A stretch of DNA of 64,000 bases, from positions 1,971 through 65,970 of the forward strand of contig CAXFOQ010000002.1 in assembly GCA_964004705.1 (NCBI GenBank), in the 5' to 3' direction. Position numbers and translations under genes: made by a program. The notes under the pieces are model-generated. The model did not search any database and was not told the origin of the DNA. It saw only the letters and a program-made list of their open reading frames with translations. The stretch is from an uncultured Flavobacteriales bacterium. GTDB lineage: Bacteria; Bacteroidota; Bacteroidia; Flavobacteriales; UBA7312. Below, one piece after another: positions 50,750-59,490 of this stretch (its first letter is position 1; each line of letters begins with the position of its first letter).

Positions 50750-51810
50750 TGTTGGTGTTTTCTTTCTTTCCATTCAAAGGAACTAAACTGTGAACTGACT
50801 GCTACCCAAACAATATAAAAAGGATACAAAAAAGCCATAAACCAATAGTAAGATAAGTATTTTTCATAAAAGAAAAATCGAGACAAGGACTTGACAAAAA
50901 GATAATCAACAATGAGTTTGATGAAGAATACAAGTAAAAACAAATTAAATTTAGCAGTAAACAAAAGCAATATCAGTACTAAATTGATTAGAAAAACCAC
51001 AGTACTAATCCACTGTGCAGAAGCATCTGTATAAGACGAGCTTTTAGCTGCCCAACGTTTTCTCTGGTTGAAAAAGGCTTTTAGACTTGCCTTAGGACTT
51101 GTAAATACTATAGCTGATTGCTCCTTAACAAAAGCAATTTTAGATCCAGTTTTTTTTACATGATGCAATAGAAAAACATCATCACCAGAGGTTATGTGTT
51201 CCTTGGTATCTGCAAAAATGGATTTACGAAAAGCCATATTAGCTCCATTACACATAAAGGCTTTATTTACACCAATTGCTCCAGCACCTGAACCAATCAA
51301 ACTCATAAATTCTATAGCTTGAAACTTATCAAATACTGTGTTTAAATTGGTGTAAGATACAGGTCCAGAAACTAAGTGGATACTATCATCGCTAAAGGGG
51401 GCTAACATTTGTTTCACCCAATTAGAAGACAAACGGCAGTCGGCATCGGTTGTCAAAATAATATCGTATTGTGCCACAGCTACACCACTATTGATAGCCG
51501 CTTTCTTGCCTTCTTCTTTGGAACGCAACACCTTTAAAGGCAAACTGGACTGCTTGAGTAAGTCATAGGAATTGTCATCAGAAAAATCGTCAACTAATAT
51601 GAACTCCAAACAGTCAGATGAATAGTCTTGTTTGGATAAATCTTCTAACAAAAAAGGTATGTTTTTTTCTTCATTTCTAAGAGCTATAACAACAGACACT
51701 TTAGGGCTAAAATCACTTTCGAAAGGGTCTAGATTATGCCAACCTTTATAAAAACGATACACTTGATGTGAGTAAATCAAAACAATGAAAATAAGTAGTA
51801 CTTCCATCAT
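50746..51810 (-). CDS. Membrane-anchored glycosyltransferase family 2
   Basis: VSVVIALRNEE, ILVDDFSDD, TDADC (DxD), and QRKRWA (QxxRW-like), plus N- and C-terminal TM helices. This is the processive GT2-like layout. Confidence 0.8.
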   Translation of the reverse strand: MMEVLLIFIVLIYSHQVYRFYKGWHNLDPFESDFSPKVSVVIALRNEEKNIPFLLEDLSKQDYSSDCLEFILVDDFSDDNSYDLLKQSSLPLKVLRSKEEGKKAAINSGVAVAQYDIILTTDADCRLSSNWVKQMLAPFSDDSIHLVSGPVSYTNLNTVFDKFQAIEFMSLIGSGAGAIGVNKAFMCNGANMAFRKSIFADTKEHITSGDDVFLLHHVKKTGSKIAFVKEQSAIVFTSPKASLKAFFNQRKRWAAKSSSYTDASAQWISTVVFLINLVLILLLFTAKFNLFLLVFFIKLIVDYLFVKSLSRFFFYEKYLSYYWFMAFLYPFYIVWVAVSSQFSSFEWKERKHQQ

Positions 51811-52778
51811 TTTCTAAAAAATTTGAGTTGATAGACAAAGAAGACACCAATTATTGCAGGAACTACCAAGTTAATAATCCATAATGCAAAAGACGCCGTC
51901 ATTATCCCTAAGGCATTTGATGATATGAAACCAAAGAAGTAAATAGCCACCGAGCCACGAACACCAAGTTCCGTCAAAGCGATAGTGGGTATAATAGACA
52001 TACTTAAAAAAGTGAGTGCACTCATTGTCAAAGACTGCAAAAGGTTGATTTCAATATTGGCAAACTTAATGAGTAAATAGAATTGAAAAGAATATACACC
52101 GTACCTAAGCATACTCAAAAACAAAACATTAGAAATATCTTTTGCTGAAAACAAAGAAAATACTGGAGTGTAAGATTTATATTTTTCTAAAAAATTCCAT
52201 CTAGAAAATAGTGATGATAATTGAGAAACATTGTACAATAAATACATTAAAACCGTAAGTACCACAACAGATAAAACTAATAAGATGTAAATACCGTAAT
52301 CACTTTTTGTAAATATTAAATAGGTGTATTGTGAGCTAAAAAAAAGAAAAGCTAAAACTCCGAAGATTATGGTTGTCACTAATTGAGTGATATTTCCAAA
52401 AATAGTAACCAAAACGGCTTTTATCCTATCGGCCTGCTGCAAACAAAATACACGACCACCAAACTCACCTACCCTATTGGGTGTAAAAATGGATACCGTT
52501 ATTCCTAAAAAAACAGCTTTTAAAGCCAACCAAAAAGAAACTTTCTCCAACTTAGAAACTAAAAATTGCCATTTAATTGCATCTATTGACCAATTGACAA
52601 ACATTAGAAAAAAAACTAGCACAAGCTCAATGTAACTACCCTCGCTTAGAATAGATAAAAACTCAGTTTTAACTTCCGAGTAACTTTCATTAGAAAAGAC
52701 CTTTTGATACAAAAACCACACGGCTAAGCAAACTATACTTAGCTTTATAAAAGCACTTATTTTTTTACTACTTTGCAT
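51807..52778 (-). CDS. Flippase-like / lysylphosphatidylglycerol-synthase TM-region family (UPF0104) membrane protein
   Basis: ~323 aa with about 8 TM helices. The size and pattern match proteins usually annotated this way in Flavobacteriia (recalled). The ATG at 52778 is preferred to the TTG at 52787. Confidence 0.55.
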   Translation of the reverse strand: MQSSKKISAFIKLSIVCLAVWFLYQKVFSNESYSEVKTEFLSILSEGSYIELVLVFFLMFVNWSIDAIKWQFLVSKLEKVSFWLALKAVFLGITVSIFTPNRVGEFGGRVFCLQQADRIKAVLVTIFGNITQLVTTIIFGVLAFLFFSSQYTYLIFTKSDYGIYILLVLSVVVLTVLMYLLYNVSQLSSLFSRWNFLEKYKSYTPVFSLFSAKDISNVLFLSMLRYGVYSFQFYLLIKFANIEINLLQSLTMSALTFLSMSIIPTIALTELGVRGSVAIYFFGFISSNALGIMTASFALWIINLVVPAIIGVFFVYQLKFFRK

Positions 52779-52797
52779 CAGCAACAATAATACGAAA

Positions 52798-53355
52798 TTG
52801 AAAAGTAAAACAGACCGAATTATTTTAGGTATTGACCCCGGAACTACTATTATGGGTTATGGACTCATACACGTTAAGGGAAATAAAATGGAAATGATAA
52901 CAATGGGGGTTTTACATTTATCCAAATTGAATAGCCATGCCGATAAGCTAAAACGTATTTTTGAGCGAACATTAGCATTAATAGATGAATACAAAGCCGA
53001 TGAAATGGCACTAGAAGCACCTTTCTTTGGCAAGAATGTACAATCTATGCTAAAACTAGGTAGAGCCCAGGGTGTCGCTATGGCAGCTGGTTTGTATAGG
53101 GATATTCCCATTTTTGAATATGCTCCTAAAAAAATAAAAATGTCGATTACTGGTCAAGGGACAGCCTCTAAAGAACAAGTTGCAGCTATGCTAAAAAGCT
53201 TATTGAAAATTAATGATATGCCAAAGCATTTGGATGCTTCAGATGGCTTGGCGGCCGCCGTTTGTCATTATTTTCAAAAAGGAAAAATTAGTGGTGGTAA
53301 ATCGTATTCTGGCTGGAGCTCATTCCTAAAAGATAACCCTGATAGATTAGGCTAG
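52798..53355 (+). CDS. ruvC: Crossover junction endodeoxyribonuclease RuvC
   Basis: [18 protein letters not shown] (catalytic Asp) and [12 protein letters not shown]. The only in-frame start after the upstream stop is TTG at 52798. Confidence 0.92.
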   Translation: MKSKTDRIILGIDPGTTIMGYGLIHVKGNKMEMITMGVLHLSKLNSHADKLKRIFERTLALIDEYKADEMALEAPFFGKNVQSMLKLGRAQGVAMAAGLYRDIPIFEYAPKKIKMSITGQGTASKEQVAAMLKSLLKINDMPKHLDASDGLAAAVCHYFQKGKISGGKSYSGWSSFLKDNPDRLG

Positions 53356-53744
53356 AATACTTCGGCAATAGAATTTGCAATCCCTTGCATTTCTTCTTTA
53401 GCAAGAGATAATTTAGGTTTAGAAAAATTGATATCCTGAACCCCATTAATCGGAATAAGATGTATGTGTGCATGAGGGACTTCTAATCCAATAACAGCTA
53501 CACCAATACGTTCACAAGTAATAACTTTCTTTTGTGATTTAGCTACTTTTTGGGCAAACTGCCACAAACGAGCGTATTCGTCACTTTCTATATCAAAAAT
53601 ATAATCAGTTTCACGCTTTGGGATAACCAATGTATGTCCTTTTTCTAATGGAAAAATATCGAGAAATGCTAAAAACTCATCATTCTCAGCTACTTTATAA
53701 AAAGGAATTTCTCCATTTACTATTTTGGTGAAGATAGACGGCAT
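53352..53744 (-). CDS. HIT-family (histidine triad) protein
   Basis: 130 aa with [11 protein letters not shown] and the triad motif HAHIHLIP. Confidence 0.92.
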   Translation of the reverse strand: MPSIFTKIVNGEIPFYKVAENDEFLAFLDIFPLEKGHTLVIPKRETDYIFDIESDEYARLWQFAQKVAKSQKKVITCERIGVAVIGLEVPHAHIHLIPINGVQDINFSKPKLSLAKEEMQGIANSIAEVF

Positions 53745-54217
53745 TAACGACTGATATCAATAATTTCAAATTTCATCAAACCGTTTGGGACTTGAATTTC
53801 AGCAATGTCTCCTACTTCTTTCCCTAATAATCCTTTGGCTATTGGTGAGCTTACAGAAATTTTCTTTGACTTGAGGTCAGCTTCACTTTCAGGAACCAAT
53901 TCGTATGACATAGTTGCGCCATTCTGGACATTTTTGATAGTCACCTTGGACATAATTAAAACCTTAGAAACATCAATTTGTGATTCATCTAAGATTCTAG
54001 CTTTTGAGAATTCCGATTCCAATTTAGCAATCTTAGCCTCCAAAAGTCCTTGGGCTTCCTTGGCGGCATCGTATTCAGCATTTTCAGAAAGGTCACCTTT
54101 GTCTCGTGCTTCCGAAATCTGTCGAGCTACATTACGTCGTTCTGTTGTTTTTAGATGTTCTAACTCTTTCCTGAGTTTTTCCAATCCTTCTTCAGTATAA
54201 TATACAATTTCAGACAT
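53744..54217 (-). CDS. greA: Transcription elongation factor GreA
   Basis: 157 aa. Coiled-coil N-domain with DLSENAEYDAAKE, and a C-terminal SVSSPIAKGLLGKEVGD. Confidence 0.95.
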   Translation of the reverse strand: MSEIVYYTEEGLEKLRKELEHLKTTERRNVARQISEARDKGDLSENAEYDAAKEAQGLLEAKIAKLESEFSKARILDESQIDVSKVLIMSKVTIKNVQNGATMSYELVPESEADLKSKKISVSSPIAKGLLGKEVGDIAEIQVPNGLMKFEIIDISR

Positions 54218-54230
54218 TTTTCAATGTATT

Positions 54231-54267
54231 AAAAAATTCAAAAGAGAAGACCACAATAGCCTTCTCT
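54231..54267 (-). terminator. Hairpin plus T-rich tract after the PorV/PorQ-like gene
   Basis: Sense strand AGAGAAG-gctattgtggt-CTTCTCT followed by TTTGAATTTTTT. Confidence 0.45.
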
Positions 54268-54296
54268 CCTCACTAAATTACAAAATTTATTTTTAT

Positions 54297-55328
54297 TTAC
54301 AGATCTATACGAACACCTATAGTATTCAACAATCCAAAATGATCGGCGGTACGTAAGGAGTAATCTACACCAAACGTTGTTTCACCACTTAAAGGTAATT
54401 CAACTGTAAAACCAACCGATAAACCTGTCAAATCAGTACTACCATCGGACATACCTTCTTCATATACATAACCTCCTCTAAGAGATACTAACTCTTTGAA
54501 TGAATACTCGATTCCAAAACGGAATTGATCATTCTGAAATGAATTTGATGTAAAGGTTCCTGCTGTTGTTAATCGATGATTTTCTGGCAAAACTGGAACA
54601 TCATACGCTAGTCCTATGTTCAACAAAGAAGGTAATTCAAAAGCATTAGTTCTTTGTTCTAGAGTCATAGTATACTCTCCGTCTGGAGCTTGACCTCTAA
54701 AAGAAATACCATCACCGTCAAAAATCATAGTCGGTCCAACATTTTTTAGTGCAATACCGAATTTTATATGATCATTCTCACCTGTGATATACTGAATGCC
54801 TGCATCTAAAGCTATACCACTTGCTGTAACGTCCGACGTGCCTTCAATAATAGCTTTCATGACGAAACCACCATAAATACTGTTAGAAAAAGCTTTAGAG
54901 TAACCAACATTTAAGTTTGTGGCAGATATACTATAAGTACCTAAACCTCCGTCAGGAAGCAATTCTGTAGTAATCATAATATCAGCTAAAGAAATAGAAG
55001 ATATGGCTAATGCTAACACAGATGACTCATTCATGCGTTGTGAGAAACCAAAAGAATTAATTGGCACATCAGCAATCCATGAAGAACGAGAAAATATAAG
55101 CTCTGTTTTATCTGTAAAAGCTAGACCAGCTACATTGCCGTATAATGACTCTAAACCTCTCACTGAAGCTATATTTGAACCGCCCCAACCAGAAGACCTT
55201 GCCCAAGGGTTAATCAATAATTGACTAGCACCTGCAGAACCAACTCGATCCGGGTTTCCAGCTGGTAGATTGGTTGTAAAAGCACAAGCTAATAGCAAAA
55301 CCCCAAAGTATTTTAATGATCGTATCAT
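54297..55328 (-). CDS. PorV/PorQ-family (FadL-like) outer-membrane beta-barrel
   Basis: Signal peptide MIRSLKYFGVLLLACAFTTNLPA. The N-terminal stretch GSAGASQLLINPWARSSGWGGSNIASVRGLESLYGNVAGLAF resembles the conserved PorV/PorQ opening motif. Alternating beta pattern to the end. ~343 aa is closer to PorQ-size than to canonical PorV. The ATG at 55328 is preferred to the TTG at 55340. Confidence 0.6.
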   Translation of the reverse strand: MIRSLKYFGVLLLACAFTTNLPAGNPDRVGSAGASQLLINPWARSSGWGGSNIASVRGLESLYGNVAGLAFTDKTELIFSRSSWIADVPINSFGFSQRMNESSVLALAISSISLADIMITTELLPDGGLGTYSISATNLNVGYSKAFSNSIYGGFVMKAIIEGTSDVTASGIALDAGIQYITGENDHIKFGIALKNVGPTMIFDGDGISFRGQAPDGEYTMTLEQRTNAFELPSLLNIGLAYDVPVLPENHRLTTAGTFTSNSFQNDQFRFGIEYSFKELVSLRGGYVYEEGMSDGSTDLTGLSVGFTVELPLSGETTFGVDYSLRTADHFGLLNTIGVRIDL

Positions 55329-55347
55329 TTCTAATTTCAATTAAATA

Positions 55348-58300
55348 TTAAAAGGTGTCTAAGTCAATTGGACGTAACACACCAAACCATTTTAAATTTC
55401 TTTCTTTACCTAGACTAGGAACACTAACATTAATAATATATGCCCCACTAGCAATAGGAATACCCTTTTGATTTTTAAGGTCCCAATCGATTGATGCAGA
55501 ACCTTCACTATCTTTATTCAGTTGTTTAACTAACGAACCGTTTATGGTGTATATGGAAATAACACACTCATCTGGCAGGTTAGTAATTCTAACTCTTGAA
55601 TCTAATTGACCTCCGTTTTCTACACCTTCATAAGTAGAATAAGCATAGTATGGGTTAGGCACAACATTAATTAAATCCATAACTGAATCTACTTGACTTA
55701 CTTCAGTCATAACTGTAGGTGCTATCCCTTCAGTAGAAAAACGATAATTTGGATAATTAACTTTCTTATAAGAAACTGTAATATTTACTGGTGAGCTTTG
55801 TGTTCCGCCGCTAACTTTATCTACATAGTATATATCACCTAGACTGTTGGATTGTCTCCAATTATCATTAACCTTAACTGAGTCTGTCGCAGAAATTGAA
55901 GTAATCTCATAGGCATACAATCTATCATAGTTATTTAAAAATTCTTTTAATGGAGTAGCTGTAGTCGTGATAGAAATATCTTCTGTGAACTCTGTGTCAT
56001 CTACTTCAACCATTTCTCTATACTCTCTAGAAACATCAATATTAATAGTTACGTCTGATGATAATAAATCATAACCTTCCTTTAATAATGGAACTGATGT
56101 CCACATCATATCTCTAAAGAAACTTAACTTACCAGTAGTTGATTCTAGATCTACCATGGCTTGTTCACATTCATCATATTTAGATGAGTGTACATAAATA
56201 AAATGCTTACCTCCCAAGTAATAACTTCCATTTGCCCAAGTAGGTATCTGTGTCTGAACTCTTGTTGATGGGTTCCATAACATATCATCACCATTATCGG
56301 AACTTAACCAAGAGTCTTCTGCAAACATAATATTTAGACGCTCACCTGTTTCTTTATTAATTGCGTAACCTGGGAACCAACCCATACCTGTCCCTGTTCC
56401 GTCAGGGTTGCCATCTTTATCGACTGATTCATCTGATCGTGGATCAAGTTTAGCTACACCACCTTTTGCAAAAGCTGTGTTATCTTGAGATTCTAAAACT
56501 ACGCATCTTGACCACTTAGACTTATCATCAGTGATAACAACTTTTACACTTTGTAAGTTCCTCATTCTATTACCTAATTGAGATTGGGGAAAGCTGTACG
56601 TCCCACTAAAATTTGTGTTGATCGAATAACCAGGACCATCAATGTATGGAGAAACTAATCTGTAAGGTCCCCAAGTACCATTAACAACATCTTCAAATAC
56701 ACCATCGGGATCACCATCAATATCGTTAAATACAGTATTTGCTGCAGTTGAATATGAACCAGCACGAATCCAATTTCTAGCCCAAAGATAAGTATTACTA
56801 ACTGAAACTTCTCCATCTTCCTCATCAACATCTCTAACGCCACCTAACCATGGGTTATATTCATCACTAAATTCAATTGAAGATGAAATTAAACGGTTAC
56901 TCTCTTCGTAATTAGCTGAATTGGATAAATAATCCCAAGCTGGAGGATTTTCTTGATTTACCTCAATAGAAAAACCAAATTCACTGAATAATTGTTGATT
57001 TCCATCACCAATAGTGGCGTCTGAAACGTAGCTCTCATTGGTATTCAAATTCACTAATTCCCATTTACTTAAATTTTGGTCTAAAACAATATGTCTAGGG
57101 TCAGAAGAAGAAGCATTGTAGACCTCTCCAAACATCTTAAGAGCAAACTCAGATTGTGTAAGATTTCTAGGGTCTATCACTTGAATGTCAACTGGTCCTA
57201 AGTTAGCTTGATAAACAGGCTCTTCAGATTCGTGATTAGCTGAAGTTAGTATTTGATTTTCTGTTTCCTCAGTTAAAGCCAGTTCAAAACCACCATTACC
57301 AGCACCGTAAATTTTCTTAATCTCTACACCATCTCCAACTTTTGCATTATAAATAGTTGTAAACGGTTTATGTGGAATTCCAGTGTAAACTTTAATATTT
57401 TTACGTCCAGCTTTGTATGGTTTTTGCTGACCATCAAGTTTATCTGGATCAGTAGGGTCGTAATCTTTATATTTATTATATCCATATGCAACAGACATAA
57501 AATAATAAGCTTGATTATTGACCAATTTTTTATTCTGGAGTGCGAATTGATCCTCAGTTATTGAAACCGAGTGCTGTATACCTTGATTAGTAGCTGCTAC
57601 TTCAAGTGATGGTACATTTGCTCCAATTGAAACATCGAAATTATAATTAATCAAATTTTCAACCGAATCCTCTAAATCACATTGATATACAAGACGAGCT
57701 AAATCAGGGTTATCTAGATCTGTTACACTTACAGAAACAGAAGCTAACTGATATAATTGATATCCTTGGAATCTAAAATATGGATCCCAATCTTGACCTG
57801 GAGGTGAAATTATTAATGGGTCAAACTCTATATATTCTTCTAAAAAATTATTTGATGTTGGCCCATTTGATAAGTTTAATACCAATTCTTGATCAAGTTC
57901 AATAATTTCTACATCCGGAGCATCAGGACCGTTTAAAACTTGGAAACAGTTATCAAATAAAGCTTGTGCTTTATCATCAGCTAGACGGATTAGTTCAACA
58001 GAAGCTAAATTATCACCAGCTGTGGCTCTTGCCCATACAACACCTGTGGTAATTCTGTTTACAGCGCCAGGCTCCAGTGTAAAAGGTCCTGCAGATTGTA
58101 CAAACCGTCTATCAGCAGGGTCATTTCCAGAGTTCTTTTCTGTCCATCCTTCTGGCTCATCCCAGTCGTCTGAAGTTATTAATCCGTCTGTACCCCAACC
58201 ATATGGATCTGTATCACCTGGGAACATGAATTTGGCAAGTGTAGAACCACCACGACCTGTACCACCATAAGTAATATCTAATCCGTCTTTCCATTTACCT

Positions 58301-59469
58301 AATAGATAATTATAAACGTGCTGACCATTTTCAGGATTACCAGTTACAGTAAAGTCATTATTATAATATACAAAGCGAGACATAATAGCTTGCTCTCCTG
58401 GCTCATCAATGATACTATCTCTATCGTTATCAATACCATCATCAGGATCTGCCAAAGGACCTTGGAAGAAATCCACGCCAATAGCTGGAGGAGTAGTTCC
58501 ATATCCAGAAGCTCCTTCATCGTTATCGTCACCGTTATAGCAATATCCAAAACCACGAGCTACATCACAACCTACGTAATCATCATCATACTTTCCTAAA
58601 TCTGGGTCAACCCACTGACCAAAATAAGTATCGTTTAATTGAATGGTTGCTTTGTTGATTATTTTATAGTTGTAGAATGTCATGTTATTGATTTCATCAT
58701 TGGTAGCAAAAGCAAAAGCTTGTGCACGAATTTCTAAACCAATAGGATCAGCACTTGTTTCGGAGTGTATATTTCCTTTATCATTGAATACCCAATACAA
58801 AGTTTGATCACCATAAATAAGGTCATCATCATTACAATCTAAGTCACCATCAATATCGTACTTAGGATAATCTCCATCGTTAGGGTTGTATTCTCCATCA
58901 TCATTAGCATCATAGTAAGGAGCTAAAAACTGATAGTCACCATCGATACCATTTCCTGGCCAATTTGTAATGCTATTAGGGATTGTATAATCCGGATATG
59001 CGGAATTGTCATTGAACCAAGCAATGAATTCATCCACTTCTTGACGAGTAATACTAAAATGTTTATCGTAATTCTCACAGGTTTCTGCACTGATATCACC
59101 ATTTTCATCAAGTGGACCAGTCCAAAAGTCATTTCCTGACTGTCGGTAAGTCATAGCTGCAGCCTTTAGTTGCTCACCAGCATCAATACCAGCAATCCAT
59201 AAAGCACCAGCAAACATAGAATGTTTGTTACTATTTTTAGGAATTTCATATCTAGCATCACTCAAGTTCCACCACATATCACCACCTCCCATAATGGTAG
59301 TCCTAACGTTGTTGATATTCAAATCCGTCATAGCTTGTGAAGGAGTGCAATCTGCTGCTACCCTAGCCAAGCTTGTCTGAGAATCTGAACCTGAAGTTCC
59401 TACATTTTCTTTAGCGAATAATGTTAAAGAAGATATACTTGCAATAACGACTAATACTATTTTGTTCAT
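55348..59469 (-). CDS. 1373-aa secreted protein of unknown function with Asp-rich Ca-binding-like motifs and a T9SS type A / FlgD-Ig-like C-terminal beta-sandwich
   Basis: Signal peptide MNKIVLVVIASISSLTLFA. Asp-rich runs are YYDANDDGEYNPNDGDYPKYDIDGDLDCNDDD and DPDDGIDNDRDSIIDEPGE. The C-terminus is VVPNPYYAYS...VISIYTINGSLVKQL...IDWDLKNQKGIPIASGAYIINV...RPIDLDTF. I could not recognise a catalytic signature. Confidence 0.7.
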   Translation of the reverse strand: MNKIVLVVIASISSLTLFAKENVGTSGSDSQTSLARVAADCTPSQAMTDLNINNVRTTIMGGGDMWWNLSDARYEIPKNSNKHSMFAGALWIAGIDAGEQLKAAAMTYRQSGNDFWTGPLDENGDISAETCENYDKHFSITRQEVDEFIAWFNDNSAYPDYTIPNSITNWPGNGIDGDYQFLAPYYDANDDGEYNPNDGDYPKYDIDGDLDCNDDDLIYGDQTLYWVFNDKGNIHSETSADPIGLEIRAQAFAFATNDEINNMTFYNYKIINKATIQLNDTYFGQWVDPDLGKYDDDYVGCDVARGFGYCYNGDDNDEGASGYGTTPPAIGVDFFQGPLADPDDGIDNDRDSIIDEPGEQAIMSRFVYYNNDFTVTGNPENGQHVYNYLLGKWKDGLDITYGGTGRGGSTLAKFMFPGDTDPYGWGTDGLITSDDWDEPEGWTEKNSGNDPADRRFVQSAGPFTLEPGAVNRITTGVVWARATAGDNLASVELIRLADDKAQALFDNCFQVLNGPDAPDVEIIELDQELVLNLSNGPTSNNFLEEYIEFDPLIISPPGQDWDPYFRFQGYQLYQLASVSVSVTDLDNPDLARLVYQCDLEDSVENLINYNFDVSIGANVPSLEVAATNQGIQHSVSITEDQFALQNKKLVNNQAYYFMSVAYGYNKYKDYDPTDPDKLDGQQKPYKAGRKNIKVYTGIPHKPFTTIYNAKVGDGVEIKKIYGAGNGGFELALTEETENQILTSANHESEEPVYQANLGPVDIQVIDPRNLTQSEFALKMFGEVYNASSSDPRHIVLDQNLSKWELVNLNTNESYVSDATIGDGNQQLFSEFGFSIEVNQENPPAWDYLSNSANYEESNRLISSSIEFSDEYNPWLGGVRDVDEEDGEVSVSNTYLWARNWIRAGSYSTAANTVFNDIDGDPDGVFEDVVNGTWGPYRLVSPYIDGPGYSINTNFSGTYSFPQSQLGNRMRNLQSVKVVITDDKSKWSRCVVLESQDNTAFAKGGVAKLDPRSDESVDKDGNPDGTGTGMGWFPGYAINKETGERLNIMFAEDSWLSSDNGDDMLWNPSTRVQTQIPTWANGSYYLGGKHFIYVHSSKYDECEQAMVDLESTTGKLSFFRDMMWTSVPLLKEGYDLLSSDVTINIDVSREYREMVEVDDTEFTEDISITTTATPLKEFLNNYDRLYAYEITSISATDSVKVNDNWRQSNSLGDIYYVDKVSGGTQSSPVNITVSYKKVNYPNYRFSTEGIAPTVMTEVSQVDSVMDLINVVPNPYYAYSTYEGVENGGQLDSRVRITNLPDECVISIYTINGSLVKQLNKDSEGSASIDWDLKNQKGIPIASGAYIINVSVPSLGKERNLKWFGVLRPIDLDTF

Positions 59470-59490
59470 GTCTATACTATTTATCTTAGA

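Noticed and set aside
55348-59469. Calling the 1373-aa protein PorU (T9SS sortase) because it precedes a PorV-like gene and is of similar size.
   Set aside because: I could not find the C25/gingipain-type His (..GHG..) and Cys (..TC(D/E)..) catalytic motifs or other remembered PorU blocks in the translation. It is kept as unknown function pending a profile search.
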